A DNA stretch of 64,000 nt. Origin: Pseudomonadota bacterium (GTDB lineage Bacteria > Pseudomonadota > Alphaproteobacteria > MPNO01 > UBA2964). Positions 17,214 to 27,362 of this stretch are shown here, piece by piece. Within the stretch, counting starts at the first letter, position 1. Each line of letters opens with the position of its first letter. A program made the position numbers and the translations under genes. Below the pieces are notes generated by a model that made no database searches, was not told the origin of the DNA, and saw only the letters and a list, made by a program, of their open reading frames with translations. The stretch is from assembly GCA_036339375.1 (NCBI GenBank), contig JAYZBC010000071.1:15351-79350 (forward strand). Reading direction: 5' to 3'.

Positions 17214-17819
17214 TTGATATTGACATCGATTGACCAGGAAAAACGCTCCTTAGCGCAGCACATGACGGTAGTGCGTAATTTAGCTCACCATCAAGCAGGG
17301 CAAAAAGCTAGCCAAAGCATTTGTGAAAATTTTTCTTTTGCTCGAAATAATGGACTTACGCTTCACCAAGGAACAATCATTTCTGGGTATTGGCCAATTT
17401 TGAAAGAATTGGATGTTCGTATTTTACTTGAAGGGCTTTCTAGTGAAGGCATGCAGTGCGTCCTTCCGGTGGTGCATAAAACGACAAAGACTTTAATGTT
17501 TAGAAAGTGGCAACCTAATGATTCTTTAGAGAAAAAAAGTTTCGGAACTTTTGAACCGAAAGCAAATCAGCCACTTTTGGTTCCAGATGTTATGCTTGTA
17601 CCCTTGTTGGCTGTAGATAAACAAGGTAATCGTCTTGGCTATGGTGGAGGCTATTTTGACAGGACCATTTTTTCATACCGTTTGAAGGAGTTCGGCTCAG
17701 TTACAGCGGTGGGCATGGCGTTTGAAACACAACGAATTGCCAATGTGCCGTTTGATGATCAAGATGCCCGGTTAGACTGGTTAGTAACTGAAAAAGGTGT
17801 ATATCGTTTCAAAGTTTAA
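17214..17819 (+). CDS. 5-formyltetrahydrofolate cyclo-ligase
   Basis: GYGGGYFDR motif plus the N-terminal K/R-rich block. TTG start at 17214, or ATG at 17262. Confidence 0.75.
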   Translation: MILTSIDQEKRSLAQHMTVVRNLAHHQAGQKASQSICENFSFARNNGLTLHQGTIISGYWPILKELDVRILLEGLSSEGMQCVLPVVHKTTKTLMFRKWQPNDSLEKKSFGTFEPKANQPLLVPDVMLVPLLAVDKQGNRLGYGGGYFDRTIFSYRLKEFGSVTAVGMAFETQRIANVPFDDQDARLDWLVTEKGVYRFKV

Positions 17820-17837
17820 ATTCAGTTGGAAAGCCTG

Positions 17838-18653
17838 ATGCGTATTTTAATTTTTGGTGATGTTGTTGGTCGTTCGGGGCGAAACCTTGTTTACGAAAAG
17901 CTACCAGATTTGCGACAAAATCACGATGTCGACTTCGTCATCATTAATGGAGAAAATTCTGCAGGGGGTTTTGGTATTACACCAAAAATTTGTGATGAAT
18001 TTTTTAAAGCAGGTGCCGATGTTGTAACAACTGGTAACCATGTTTGGGATCAAAAGGAAATTTATCAGTATATAGAAAATGAAAAACGCCTACTCCGGCC
18101 ACAAAACTACCCAGAGGGCACGCCGGGATCAGGAATTGGCCAATATACTGATTTATCTGGCCGCAAAATTTTAGTGCTTCATTTTATGGGGTCTCTTTTT
18201 ATGCCTCCAATTGGTGATCCGTTCGCAGGAGTGAAACTTGCGCTGGTAAATCGGAAATTGAGGAGAGATTTTGCCGCTATTTTTCTAGATTTTCATGGTG
18301 AAGCTACCAGCGAAAAAATGGCAATGGGGCACTTGTTGGATGGCCATGTAAGTGCGGTGGTAGGTACGCATTCACACATACCAACCGCTGATCACCGAAT
18401 TTTACCAAATGGTACAGCCTATATTACAGATATTGGAATGTGTGGTGATTATGATTCAGTAATAGGTATGAAAAAAGAAACATCGATTGCTCGTTTTCTA
18501 AAACAATCTCCAACCCCCAGATTGGAAGTGGCAACAAAGGAGGCTACAATCTGTGCGGTTCTTATAGAAACAAATGATAAGACTGGTAAGGCAACATCTA
18601 TTTTACCGTTGAGAATAGGAGGTTGCTTGCAACCGGTTACGTTATCCAATTAA
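17838..18653 (+). CDS. YmdB-like metallophosphoesterase (TIGR00282 family)
   Basis: MRILIFGDVVG...INGENSAGGFGIT...TGNHVWD motifs. GGAAAG ribosome-binding site before the ATG at 17838. The ORF nominally opens at 17826 (TTG). Confidence 0.75.
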   Translation: MRILIFGDVVGRSGRNLVYEKLPDLRQNHDVDFVIINGENSAGGFGITPKICDEFFKAGADVVTTGNHVWDQKEIYQYIENEKRLLRPQNYPEGTPGSGIGQYTDLSGRKILVLHFMGSLFMPPIGDPFAGVKLALVNRKLRRDFAAIFLDFHGEATSEKMAMGHLLDGHVSAVVGTHSHIPTADHRILPNGTAYITDIGMCGDYDSVIGMKKETSIARFLKQSPTPRLEVATKEATICAVLIETNDKTGKATSILPLRIGGCLQPVTLSN

Positions 18654-18850
18654 TCCCGTTCAGTGTTTTGGTTTTTTAAATGTTATTGATTTTTGTCATA
18701 GGCCTGCATCCAAATTGCTAAGTTTACATCTTACCACATAATTTAGATCATAGCTTTCATCTTAAAAATTAGCTATAAACTGTGAAAGAAATGTTATAAA
18801 CCACAAGATATAGTATTAATAAAGCTTCCGACAATCGGAAGAGGTCCAAC

Positions 18851-19600
18851 ATGGCAGGACACTCTCAATTTAAAAATATCATGCACAGAAAAGGGTCGCA
18901 GGATAAGAGGCGTGCTAAAAAATTTACCAAGTTAATTCGTGAGTTACAGGTGGCAGCACGGTCGGGGCAGCCAGATCCAGATATGAATCCTGCACTCAAG
19001 AATGCCGTGTCTGCAGCCAAAGCTGCAAACATGCCTAAAGATAATATTGAAAGGGCAATCAAAAGGGCGCTTGGTGATGATAACAACCAGTTGTTAGAGG
19101 AAATACGTTATGAAGGGTATGGACCTGGGGGGGTGGCTATTGTAGTTGAAGCTCTAACTGATAATCGAAATCGCACTGCCAGCGAAATTCGAACGGTGTT
19201 TACAAAACATGGAGGATCTTTAGGGGAGACAAACAGTGTTGTTTTCCAGTTTCAACGAATTGGCTCTATCATTTATTTGGCAAATCAAACCGGTTTCGAA
19301 GACATCTTTGAAGCGGCGCTTGAAGCCGGTGCCACCGATGTGAATTTTGGCGAAATAAACCATGAAGTAATATGTGTCCCATCCGAACTACATATTATCC
19401 AGTCAAGGCTCGAGGCAGTCTTCGGCCCGCCTGCTCAGTCGGAGTTGCAATGGAAGCCGTTAACGACAATAAAACTAGAAATTGGAATATGGGAAAGGTT
19501 GTACAAACTCCTCGAATTACTTGAAGATAACGATGATGTACGGTCCGTTTCGGCGAACTATGAAATGGATGATTGTTTGTTGAAGCGGATAGAAAACTAA
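18851..19600 (+). CDS. yebC: YebC/PmpR-family transcriptional regulator
   Basis: MAGHSQFKNIMHRKG N-terminus. 249 aa. Precedes ruvC as in many bacteria. Confidence 0.85.
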   Translation: MAGHSQFKNIMHRKGSQDKRRAKKFTKLIRELQVAARSGQPDPDMNPALKNAVSAAKAANMPKDNIERAIKRALGDDNNQLLEEIRYEGYGPGGVAIVVEALTDNRNRTASEIRTVFTKHGGSLGETNSVVFQFQRIGSIIYLANQTGFEDIFEAALEAGATDVNFGEINHEVICVPSELHIIQSRLEAVFGPPAQSELQWKPLTTIKLEIGIWERLYKLLELLEDNDDVRSVSANYEMDDCLLKRIEN

Positions 19601-19623
19601 TTAACTAAGAAGGGATCAATTAT

Positions 19624-20148
19624 TTGAAGATAATTGGACTTGATCCTGGCCTTCGGACCACTGGTTGGGGTGTTGTAGACGTCGAAGGTAACAACTTGAC
19701 TCACATCGCGAATGGAGTTGTGAAAGTAAAATCTGAAAACACACTTTCGATTCGGCTGGCAATGTTGTTTTGTGAATTAAAATCAATTTTGGAAACCTAT
19801 CATCCTGAAGAAGCCGCTGTGGAAAAATCATTTGTCAGTCAAAATTCGTCTTCAACCCTTAAACTAGGACATGCAAGGGGTGTAATTATGTTGGCGCCGG
19901 CTTTATCCGAAATTTCTGTTAGCGAATATTCTCCAAACGTAATAAAAAAATCCTTAGTTGGATCCGGGCATGCTAGCAAGGAACAGGTAAAAATGATGGT
20001 CAGCACTCTTTTGCCGGGGGCTTACCCAAAAAGTTTGGATGCTGCAGATGCTTTAGGCGTTGCGGTTTGCCATGCACACCATCGGAATCAAATCTCCATT
20101 TCAGGTGAAACACGGAAAAGTCAAAAAGAAATGGTACAGAGAAAATGA
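19624..20148 (+). CDS. ruvC: crossover junction endodeoxyribonuclease RuvC
   Basis: MKIIGLDPGLRTTGWGVV catalytic-Asp N-terminus. 174 aa. Confidence 0.85.
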   Translation: MKIIGLDPGLRTTGWGVVDVEGNNLTHIANGVVKVKSENTLSIRLAMLFCELKSILETYHPEEAAVEKSFVSQNSSSTLKLGHARGVIMLAPALSEISVSEYSPNVIKKSLVGSGHASKEQVKMMVSTLLPGAYPKSLDAADALGVAVCHAHHRNQISISGETRKSQKEMVQRK

Positions 20149-20158
20149 GGCTATCACG

Positions 20159-20764
20159 ATGATAGCTAAACTCATCGGTGTTTTGGATTCATTAGGTGAA
20201 GACAGTGTAATAATTGAAGTGTCTGGCGTTGGCTATTTGGTTTTTTGTTCATCTCGTACTTTACGTTCATTTGGCAAACTTGGTGATCCTCTCACGCTTT
20301 TTATAGAAACGCATGTACGTGAGGACCATATCCATTTATATGGATTTTTAGATTCGTCCGAACATGAATGGTTTCGTTTATTAACCACTGTACAGGGCGT
20401 AGGAGCAAAAGTGGCGCTCGCTGTTCTTGGTACTTTGACCCCTAAAGAACTGGAGAATGCGTTTTTAACAGAAGACAAAGCGTTATTGACAAGGGCGCCA
20501 GGCGTTGGACAACGTTTAGCAGTAAGATTATTAGCAGAATTACGTGACAAAGTTTCTGGATTTGGAGTGTTGTCCGTTAAAAATTCTTTGGGCAAGGTTG
20601 TTGATAGTTCGGGCCCTATCAGTGATGCAGTGTCAGCATTAATGAATTTGGGTTATGGCCGAGCTGCGGCTTTTGGAGCTGTATCCCATGCCGCCCAAGC
20701 ATTAAGTGGAAAAATTACTGTGGAGACCCTGGTAAAGGCCGGGTTGCAGGAGTTAAGCGCGTGA
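20159..20764 (+). CDS. ruvA: Holliday junction DNA helicase subunit RuvA
   Basis: ORF 20060..20764. The preferred start is MIAKLIGVL at 20159, which removes the overlap with ruvC. HhH motifs and a C-terminal RuvB-interaction domain. Confidence 0.85.
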   Translation: MIAKLIGVLDSLGEDSVIIEVSGVGYLVFCSSRTLRSFGKLGDPLTLFIETHVREDHIHLYGFLDSSEHEWFRLLTTVQGVGAKVALAVLGTLTPKELENAFLTEDKALLTRAPGVGQRLAVRLLAELRDKVSGFGVLSVKNSLGKVVDSSGPISDAVSALMNLGYGRAAAFGAVSHAAQALSGKITVETLVKAGLQELSA

Positions 20765-21819
20765 ATGAAGGTCGTATAATTGGAACAGAATCTGCTAACG
20801 AAGACCAAGTTGAAATTTCTCTCAGGCCTCAAACTTTAGATGACTTTATAGGTCAACCAAAATTACGAAATAATTTGAGGATTTTTATAAACGCTGCTCG
20901 GTCACGCGGTGAAGCGTTAGATCATGTTTTGTTTTATGGTCCCCCCGGGTTGGGTAAAACAACATTAGCGCAAATTGTTGCTCGTGAACTTAATGTTGGA
21001 TTTCGGGCAACCTCAGGCCCTGTCATTGCCAAGCCAGGAGATTTGGCAGCAATTCTGACGAATTTAGAAGCAAAAGATGTTCTTTTCATTGACGAAATTC
21101 ACCGCCTTTCACCTATAGTAGAGGAAATTTTGTATCCTGCTATAGAAGATTACAAATTGGACCTCGTCATAGGTGAAGGCCCTGCGGCGCGTTCAGTTAG
21201 AATTGATCTGCAGCCATTCACTCTAATTGGTGCCACGACAAGGTCAGGCTTGATTACCACACCCCTGCGTGAACGTTTTGGCATCCCGCTCCGTTTAAAT
21301 TTCTACTCAGCAGAAGAACTTGAAGAAGTAGTATGTCGTGCAGCCCGCTTATTGGATCTGTCACTAACTGGAGATGGAGCTTCTGAAATTGCGAGACGTG
21401 CACGGGGGACACCACGGGTAGCGGGAAGGTTACTGCGTCGCGTTCGAGATTTTGCTGTAGTTGGTAAAAAAAATTCTGTAGACTCTATAATGGCAGATTC
21501 GGCGCTCGGACATTTGGAGGTTGATAGCCTTGGGCTCGATGCCATGGATCGCCGTTACCTTCATTGTATAGCTAAAAATTATGGTGGTGGACCAGTGGGG
21601 GTAGAAAATCTGTCAGCGGCTTTGTCAGAGGAACGTGATGCAATTGAAGACGTGATAGAACCGTTTCTAATTCAACAGGGCTTAGTTCAACGCACATCAA
21701 GGGGGCGGTTGCTAACTCAGTTGGGATTTTCTCACATTGGTCTAAAACCAAAGAAGAATTCAATTGACCAATTAAATTTTTTAAATGAAGAAAAGGATAC
21801 AAAAGCTAGAAATAATTAA
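20761..21819 (+). CDS. ruvB: Holliday junction DNA helicase RuvB
   Basis: AAA+ Walker [12 protein letters not shown], Walker [13 protein letters not shown] start overlapping the ruvA stop (GTGA). Confidence 0.9.
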   Translation: MNEGRIIGTESANEDQVEISLRPQTLDDFIGQPKLRNNLRIFINAARSRGEALDHVLFYGPPGLGKTTLAQIVARELNVGFRATSGPVIAKPGDLAAILTNLEAKDVLFIDEIHRLSPIVEEILYPAIEDYKLDLVIGEGPAARSVRIDLQPFTLIGATTRSGLITTPLRERFGIPLRLNFYSAEELEEVVCRAARLLDLSLTGDGASEIARRARGTPRVAGRLLRRVRDFAVVGKKNSVDSIMADSALGHLEVDSLGLDAMDRRYLHCIAKNYGGGPVGVENLSAALSEERDAIEDVIEPFLIQQGLVQRTSRGRLLTQLGFSHIGLKPKKNSIDQLNFLNEEKDTKARNN

Positions 21820-22125
21820 AGTTCCCGGTTTGAAACGTATGTGTTGGTCATTGCGTAATAAATTGGTTCTTTAACCTTGAATTTTGGTTGGAAGACAAGG
21901 CAAGAGCATGAATCTCGCTGTATTTAAGTAGTTATGTGATGCAAGTTTTATACAATAGGAATATTTTTGGTAAAAAAGATATTCAGGGGCAAATTTTGGG
22001 AAAATTAGGGTTTTAAGGGATATTATTTGGATTCAAAAGAACAAGTCTACTTTAGTGGTGAATATGATTTTATGACGCAATGTTGCCACTTTTTGTAAAT
22101 ATGGTCGCCCATAGGTAAGGAAAAA

Positions 22126-22851
22126 ATGGAACAAACAGAAATTTCATCTGCCACATTAACGGGCTCAATGACGAACGATTTATCAATCTTGGGATTGTTT
22201 GTTGAGGCTGATTTTATCGTAAAGATTGTAATGGTAATTTTGATTTTTGCTTCTTTTTGGTGTTGGGCGATAATTTTTGAAAAAATCTTGCGTTTTCGAA
22301 GGCTGTGGGGACAGGCCGATCAGTTTGAGGAAAAATTCTGGTCGGGGGGTTCTCTCGAAGAGCTATACGACGGAATAAATGAACACCCTTATGACCCCAT
22401 GTCCTCAGTTTTTGTTGCTGCGATGAGCGAATGGCGTAGATCTGCCTCCAAAGGGCTGGGAGGAATTACCCAAAAAACCGGTTTGACGCAGAGAATTGAA
22501 CGCGTAATGCAGGTAACGATGGGAAGAGAAATGGATGGCTTAGAAAAAAATATGACTTTTCTTGCCTCCGTTGGTTCAACGGCGCCATTCATAGGTTTGT
22601 TTGGAACAGTATGGGGTATAATGAATAGCTTTCAAGCTATCGCACAATCCAAGGATACTTCGTTAGCTGTTGTTGCGCCAGGAATTGCAGAAGCGCTCTT
22701 TGCAACGGCACTTGGCCTTGTAGCGGCTATTCCCGCAGTTGTTGCATATAATAAATTTTCCACTGATTTGGCACGCTATGCTTCACGACTAGAATCTTTC
22801 GCCAATGAATTTAGCGATATTTTGTCTCGTGAGTTCGAAGGGACTCCTTAA
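22126..22851 (+). CDS. tolQ: Tol-Pal system protein TolQ
   Basis: MotA/TolQ/ExbB TM signatures GLFGTVWGIM and AIPAVVAYNKF. 241 aa. Confidence 0.85.
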   Translation: MEQTEISSATLTGSMTNDLSILGLFVEADFIVKIVMVILIFASFWCWAIIFEKILRFRRLWGQADQFEEKFWSGGSLEELYDGINEHPYDPMSSVFVAAMSEWRRSASKGLGGITQKTGLTQRIERVMQVTMGREMDGLEKNMTFLASVGSTAPFIGLFGTVWGIMNSFQAIAQSKDTSLAVVAPGIAEALFATALGLVAAIPAVVAYNKFSTDLARYASRLESFANEFSDILSREFEGTP

Positions 22852-22853
22852 AA

Positions 22854-23336
22854 ATGGCGATGGACTTTGGGTCAAAAGGTCGATCAATCGGAAGCTTGCC
22901 TGGCAGTAAATTTCGTCGAAAACCAATGAGTCAAATAAATGTCACACCTTTTGTTGATGTAATGCTGGTCTTACTTATAGTTTTTATGGTGACGGCACCC
23001 CTACTTACGGTTGGTGTAACCGTTGATTTGCCAAAAACCGCTGCAAGCCGCATTGTGGGTCAGGATGAACCACTTGTAGTAACCATCAATGAGCGAGGAA
23101 AGATTTTTCTTCAAAACACAGAAGTCACAATCGAACAGTTAGTACCGCGTTTGAAGGCAATAAACGAAAATCGTTTAGGAAGCCGAATCTTCTTACGTGG
23201 TGACAAAACAATTGCCTACGGTCAAGTTATGCAGGTTATGGGTACCCTTAACCAATCTGGTTTTAAGCGGGTTGCATTAATTACACAAAGACCTAGGGGG
23301 GAAAAATATATACAACGTCACCGGGGACCACGGTGA
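22854..23336 (+). CDS. tolR: Tol-Pal system protein TolR
   Basis: ExbD/TolR TM INVTPFVDVMLVLLIVFMV. 160 aa with a Gly-rich N-terminal leader as in Rhizobiales. Confidence 0.8.
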   Translation: MAMDFGSKGRSIGSLPGSKFRRKPMSQINVTPFVDVMLVLLIVFMVTAPLLTVGVTVDLPKTAASRIVGQDEPLVVTINERGKIFLQNTEVTIEQLVPRLKAINENRLGSRIFLRGDKTIAYGQVMQVMGTLNQSGFKRVALITQRPRGEKYIQRHRGPR

Positions 23337-23339
23337 TAA

Positions 23340-24266
23340 ATGCGTCGCGCCATTATTTTTTCTGGAATATTACACGTACTGGCAGTTGGTCTAGCTTATT
23401 TTGGTTTACCCGAACTTTTTGATCCACCAATGTTGGAGGAAGTTCCTACCTTGTCTGTTGATTTGGTTACCCAAAATGAAATTGCCGAAATTAATCCAGT
23501 TCAACGTCAGGCACCTAAAAAAATCGTTGAGAAACTCCCCAATATTCCTAAAGTACCTATACCCAAATTAATGAAAAGCAATAACTTGGAACCTGTATTA
23601 AAATCTGAAACTGTAAGTAAAACCCCTGAACCACAACCGGAACCAAAACCAAAACCAAACCTTAAACCTAAACCTAAACCTAAACCAAACCTTAAAACTA
23701 AACCTAAACCTAAACCAAAACCAAAACCCAGGATAAAAAAAACAAAGAAGAAAAAGGTAAAAATAGTTAAATTAGCACCTAAACCTAAACGAAAACCCAA
23801 GCCGCCCCCTGATGAATTTCAGAAACTTTTAAAAAATTTAACAACACCTAAAAAATTAGCGTTAAAATTTGATAAAACTAAGAAGGAATCCACTCAAAAC
23901 AAGGACATTGGTTCAGGGAAAAAAACATCTTCAATTCTGGGCAGAAATTTAAAGTTTGAATTGGCTAAACTCGTACAAAAACAAATTAGGGATTGTTGGA
24001 ATATTCCGGGCGGTGCGAAGGATGTGCAAAACATGCAAATTAGTGTGAGAATAAGGCTTAGGCGTGACGGGTCACTGTTGAGCCCACCACGAGTTATTGA
24101 TAGTAAAGTGTTTGATGATTACGAATTTTATAGCGTCGTTGCTGAGAGTGCAGTGAGAGCACTTTTGAATCCGAAATGTAGCCCTTTGCATTTGCCGTAT
24201 AAACATTACGATATTTGGAAGGATATTATTTTTAGTTTTAATCCAGGCGAGGCACTCGGGAGATAA
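23340..24266 (+). CDS. tolA: Tol-Pal system protein TolA
   Basis: N-terminal TM, a central (KP)n low-complexity domain II, and a C-terminal TolA domain III. Located between tolR and tolB. Confidence 0.7.
   Translation: MRRAIIFSGILHVLAVGLAYFGLPELFDPPMLEEVPTLSVDLVTQNEIAEINPVQRQAPKKIVEKLPNIPKVPIPKLMKSNNLEPVLKSETVSKTPEPQPEPKPKPNLKPKPKPKPNLKTKPKPKPKPKPRIKKTKKKKVKIVKLAPKPKRKPKPPPDEFQKLLKNLTTPKKLALKFDKTKKESTQNKDIGSGKKTSSILGRNLKFELAKLVQKQIRDCWNIPGGAKDVQNMQISVRIRLRRDGSLLSPPRVIDSKVFDDYEFYSVVAESAVRALLNPKCSPLHLPYKHYDIWKDIIFSFNPGEALGR
23625..23808 (+). repeat. in-frame (AAACCN)n / Lys-Pro microsatellite inside tolA
   Basis: The nucleotide run ccaaaaccaaaaccaaaccttaaacctaaacctaaacc... encodes PEPQPEPKPKPNLKPKPKPKPNLKTKPKPKPKPKP. 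Confidence 0.8.
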
Positions 24267-24291
24267 AAATATTCAATATTGAAGAGAAAGA

Positions 24292-25626
24292 ATGACAAAA
24301 TTTAATTTAAACAGCAGGCTCTATTTTCGGTCGTTTTTGATTTTTTTGATGTTATTGCCATTTGGAGTTCAAGCAGAACTCAGGGTAGATATCACTCAGG
24401 GCAAAATTCAACCTCTTCCTATCGCTATATCGGACTTTTTTGGTGATGATGAGCGTTCTAGAGGATTAGGACAAGACATAGCTCGAGTGGTTGGGGCAGA
24501 TCTGGAACGTTCTGGATTATTTCGTTTGATTGATCCAAAGGCTTTTATACAAGGGAGGAGTTCCCTCCGTGTCCGTCCACAGTTCCCTTCTTGGCGCCAG
24601 ATAAATGCGGAAGCGCTAGTTGTAGGGAAAACGAAAATTAAGGTTGATGGACAACTCAGAGTAGAATTTCGTGTATGGGATGTATTCGCAAGCAAACCTC
24701 TAATCGGTCTAGGTGTGGATACAAAACCTCGAAACTGGCGCCGTGTAGCGCATATTATTGCTGATAGGATTTACCAGAGAATCACGGGTGAACAGGGCTA
24801 TTTTGATACACGTGTGGTTTATGTTGCTGAGTCCGGGCCAGCGACACGGCGAATAAAACGGCTTGCCATAATGGATCAAGATGGGTTCAATCATCGCTAT
24901 CTGACTAGCCGAGGCGAATATGTCCTAACGCCGAGATTTTCTCCTACCAAACAAGAAATTGCATATTTGGAGTTCCGTGGACGTAAAGCGCGAGTGTATA
25001 TATTGAATATAGACAATCAAAAGCGCGAAATGCTTGGTGATTTTAAAGGTATGACATATGCACCAAGATTCTCCCCAGACGGAAATCAGGTAATTATGTC
25101 CATGGCTGAAGATGGAAATTCTGACATCTTTATGATGGATCTATCTACACGCCGGGTTAGCCGATTTACAGTACACCCATCAATTGATACATCACCATGC
25201 TACTCTCCTGATGGTCGAAGGGTGGTGTTTAATTCTGACCGGGGCGGTAAACCGCAACTATATGTGATTGGTGCAAAAGGTGGTAAGGCAAAAAGAATAA
25301 GTTTTGGGAATGGCCGTTATTCCACTCCTGTGTGGTCGCCTCGTGGAGATTTAATTGCCTTTACTAAAATTTTGAGTGGGCGGTTTTATATTGGAGTGAT
25401 GAGGCCCGATGGAAGTGGTGAAAGGTTGTTGGCAGAAGGCTTTAAAGTTGAAGGCCCAACTTGGTCACCAAATGGCAGAGTTTTGATGTTCTTTCGTCAA
25501 GGACCTTCTGGCAAAGGAGGTGGAAAGCCAAAATTATTCTCAATCGACTTAACAGGTTATAATGAACGTCAAATAAAAACACCAAATTTTGCTTCAGATC
25601 CTGCTTGGTCACCACCCAAACGTTAA
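24292..25626 (+). CDS. tolB: Tol-Pal system beta-propeller protein TolB
   Basis: Signal peptide, N-terminal TolB domain, and repeated WSPDG beta-propeller blades ([25 protein letters not shown]). Confidence 0.9.
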   Translation: MTKFNLNSRLYFRSFLIFLMLLPFGVQAELRVDITQGKIQPLPIAISDFFGDDERSRGLGQDIARVVGADLERSGLFRLIDPKAFIQGRSSLRVRPQFPSWRQINAEALVVGKTKIKVDGQLRVEFRVWDVFASKPLIGLGVDTKPRNWRRVAHIIADRIYQRITGEQGYFDTRVVYVAESGPATRRIKRLAIMDQDGFNHRYLTSRGEYVLTPRFSPTKQEIAYLEFRGRKARVYILNIDNQKREMLGDFKGMTYAPRFSPDGNQVIMSMAEDGNSDIFMMDLSTRRVSRFTVHPSIDTSPCYSPDGRRVVFNSDRGGKPQLYVIGAKGGKAKRISFGNGRYSTPVWSPRGDLIAFTKILSGRFYIGVMRPDGSGERLLAEGFKVEGPTWSPNGRVLMFFRQGPSGKGGGKPKLFSIDLTGYNERQIKTPNFASDPAWSPPKR

Positions 25627-25759
25627 AGAAAATTTGCTATGGTTTTATTTTAAGATTTCTTTTCAAACACTCTTATCTATTATGGGTAGAAGACTTTATT
25701 GAATCGCTTACTACGCCTATCTTTCGTAAACGCTTTGTTTAACTATAGGGAAGTTAAAA

Positions 25760-26296
25760 ATGTCCTGGAAACTTATTATCACGGTTTTGGCTGGCTTAGC
25801 TCTTGTTGCGTGTGAAACTACACCAGAGAGCACCGGGTCAACTACTGGGCTCGTTAAACCGAGTACGGAACAAAACACTGGTGTTTCTCCTTCAACCGGC
25901 ACGCAAATTACAAGTTTAACGCCTCAATCAGATGTCCAAGCGGGCAGCCAAGAGGATCTAGTAACCAATGTGGGTGATAGAGTTTTTTTTGCTCTGGATA
26001 GCGTTGAACTGAGTGTTGAGGCAAGGACCACTCTTGAAAAACAGGCTATTTGGTTGCAACAAAATCTTTCCGTTGTTGCTACAATTGAAGGACATGCAGA
26101 TGAAAGGGGAACTAGAGAATATAACCTTGCTCTTGGTGACCGGCGTGCGACCGCTGCTCGTGATTACCTTGTAGCTCTTGGCATCAATCAGAACCGTATT
26201 CAAACTGTTAGCTTTGGCCTGGAACGTCCGGTTGATCCACGTTCGGTAGAAGAGGCATGGTCTAAAAACCGCCGGGGCGTAATGGTTGTGAATTAA
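25760..26296 (+). CDS. pal: peptidoglycan-associated lipoprotein Pal
   Basis: Lipobox LALVAC. OmpA-like C-terminus (VFFALDSVEL...EGHADERGTREYNLALGDRRA). Confidence 0.85.
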   Translation: MSWKLIITVLAGLALVACETTPESTGSTTGLVKPSTEQNTGVSPSTGTQITSLTPQSDVQAGSQEDLVTNVGDRVFFALDSVELSVEARTTLEKQAIWLQQNLSVVATIEGHADERGTREYNLALGDRRATAARDYLVALGINQNRIQTVSFGLERPVDPRSVEEAWSKNRRGVMVVN

Positions 26297-26340
26297 CCGT
26301 TTGAAATGTCAAGATTTAGATACCCTTATCGTAGTAGTAA

Positions 26341-27339
26341 ATGGTTGCATTGAAAAAGGCTGGGTATATGTTTTTGCGGCATAAATCGTTGGCTTTTTTG
26401 GTTGGGATTGTTTTATTTTTTGGAATTGTAGCCCATTTTACCTCCTCAGAGGCGCAAAATTCTGCGGAACAGGAAACATTGAATCGTCTGCAGAGAATGC
26501 AAAACGAATTAACAATCCTACAAAAATTTGTTTATCGTGGAAAAATTTCTCCAAAATCAAGAGGAATAGCCCCTTCTTCCTCGGTAAGTCCTTCTCATAA
26601 TGTGGTTGCACGCCTTTCACTACGAATAACACAACTTGAGAATGAGATCCGTTCTCTGACTGGTCAGAATGAAGAATTATCTCATCAGTTAAGAATGTTA
26701 GGCACCAAGTTAGATAAAATGTACACTGACTTTGATTTTCGCCTCCGCAAACCACCTAGCGAAAACAAAAAATCTGTTGATAAAATTAAAAAGACAAAAA
26801 CAAAAATTACATCCACGACTTTGGCGGATAGTGCGAAACAAATAGAGGGCGCAAATAAGGGAGTAAAATTGTTAGGCAGAATTCAGGGAAAGACAGTTTC
26901 TGTTCAGCAGGGAAGTGGTTTACCTCCTCCACTAAAAGAAACTCCCAAAGAGACGTATGATCGAGGCCACATTTTAATTGTCAAAAAACGTAATTTTCCA
27001 GAAGCAGAGCGTGTATTTAGGTCCTTTATTGCAGAAAACAAAAAACATAATTTAACACCTAACGCCTATTATTGGTTGGGTCGAACGTATTTTGTACGTG
27101 GAAAATTTGAAGATGCTGCTATAACCTTCGCGGAGGGTTTCCAATTATTCCCTTTCAGCAGCAAGGCACCGGTTACACTTCTTAATCTCGGGGTTTCTCT
27201 AACGAAGCTCGGTAAGGTTAGAGAAGCATGTACTACTTTTTCAAAACTTGGCAAAAATTATCCAAAAATGGGAGCATCTGTAAAAAGGTTGCTTATTCGC
27301 GAACAACAAAAATCAAAATGTCGGCGAAAATTCAGGTAA
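26341..27339 (+). CDS. cpoB: cell division coordinator CpoB (YbgF), TPR protein
   Basis: Signal/TM, central coiled coil and C-terminal TPR block (YYWLGRTYFVRGKFEDAAITF). Follows pal. The start may be the Met at 26368. Confidence 0.65.
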   Translation: MVALKKAGYMFLRHKSLAFLVGIVLFFGIVAHFTSSEAQNSAEQETLNRLQRMQNELTILQKFVYRGKISPKSRGIAPSSSVSPSHNVVARLSLRITQLENEIRSLTGQNEELSHQLRMLGTKLDKMYTDFDFRLRKPPSENKKSVDKIKKTKTKITSTTLADSAKQIEGANKGVKLLGRIQGKTVSVQQGSGLPPPLKETPKETYDRGHILIVKKRNFPEAERVFRSFIAENKKHNLTPNAYYWLGRTYFVRGKFEDAAITFAEGFQLFPFSSKAPVTLLNLGVSLTKLGKVREACTTFSKLGKNYPKMGASVKRLLIREQQKSKCRRKFR

Positions 27340-27362
27340 TTTAGCATCTTTTATTAACGCTA

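Noticed and set aside
23507-23800. 97 aa minus-strand ORF rich in GFGLGLGL repeats
   Set aside because: Antisense read-through of the tolA Lys-Pro hexamer repeat. A compositional artefact.
23625-23808. Regular short repeats that could be mistaken for a CRISPR array
   Set aside because: The repeat unit is 6 nt, in frame, inside tolA. There are no spacers of 25-40 nt and no cas genes.
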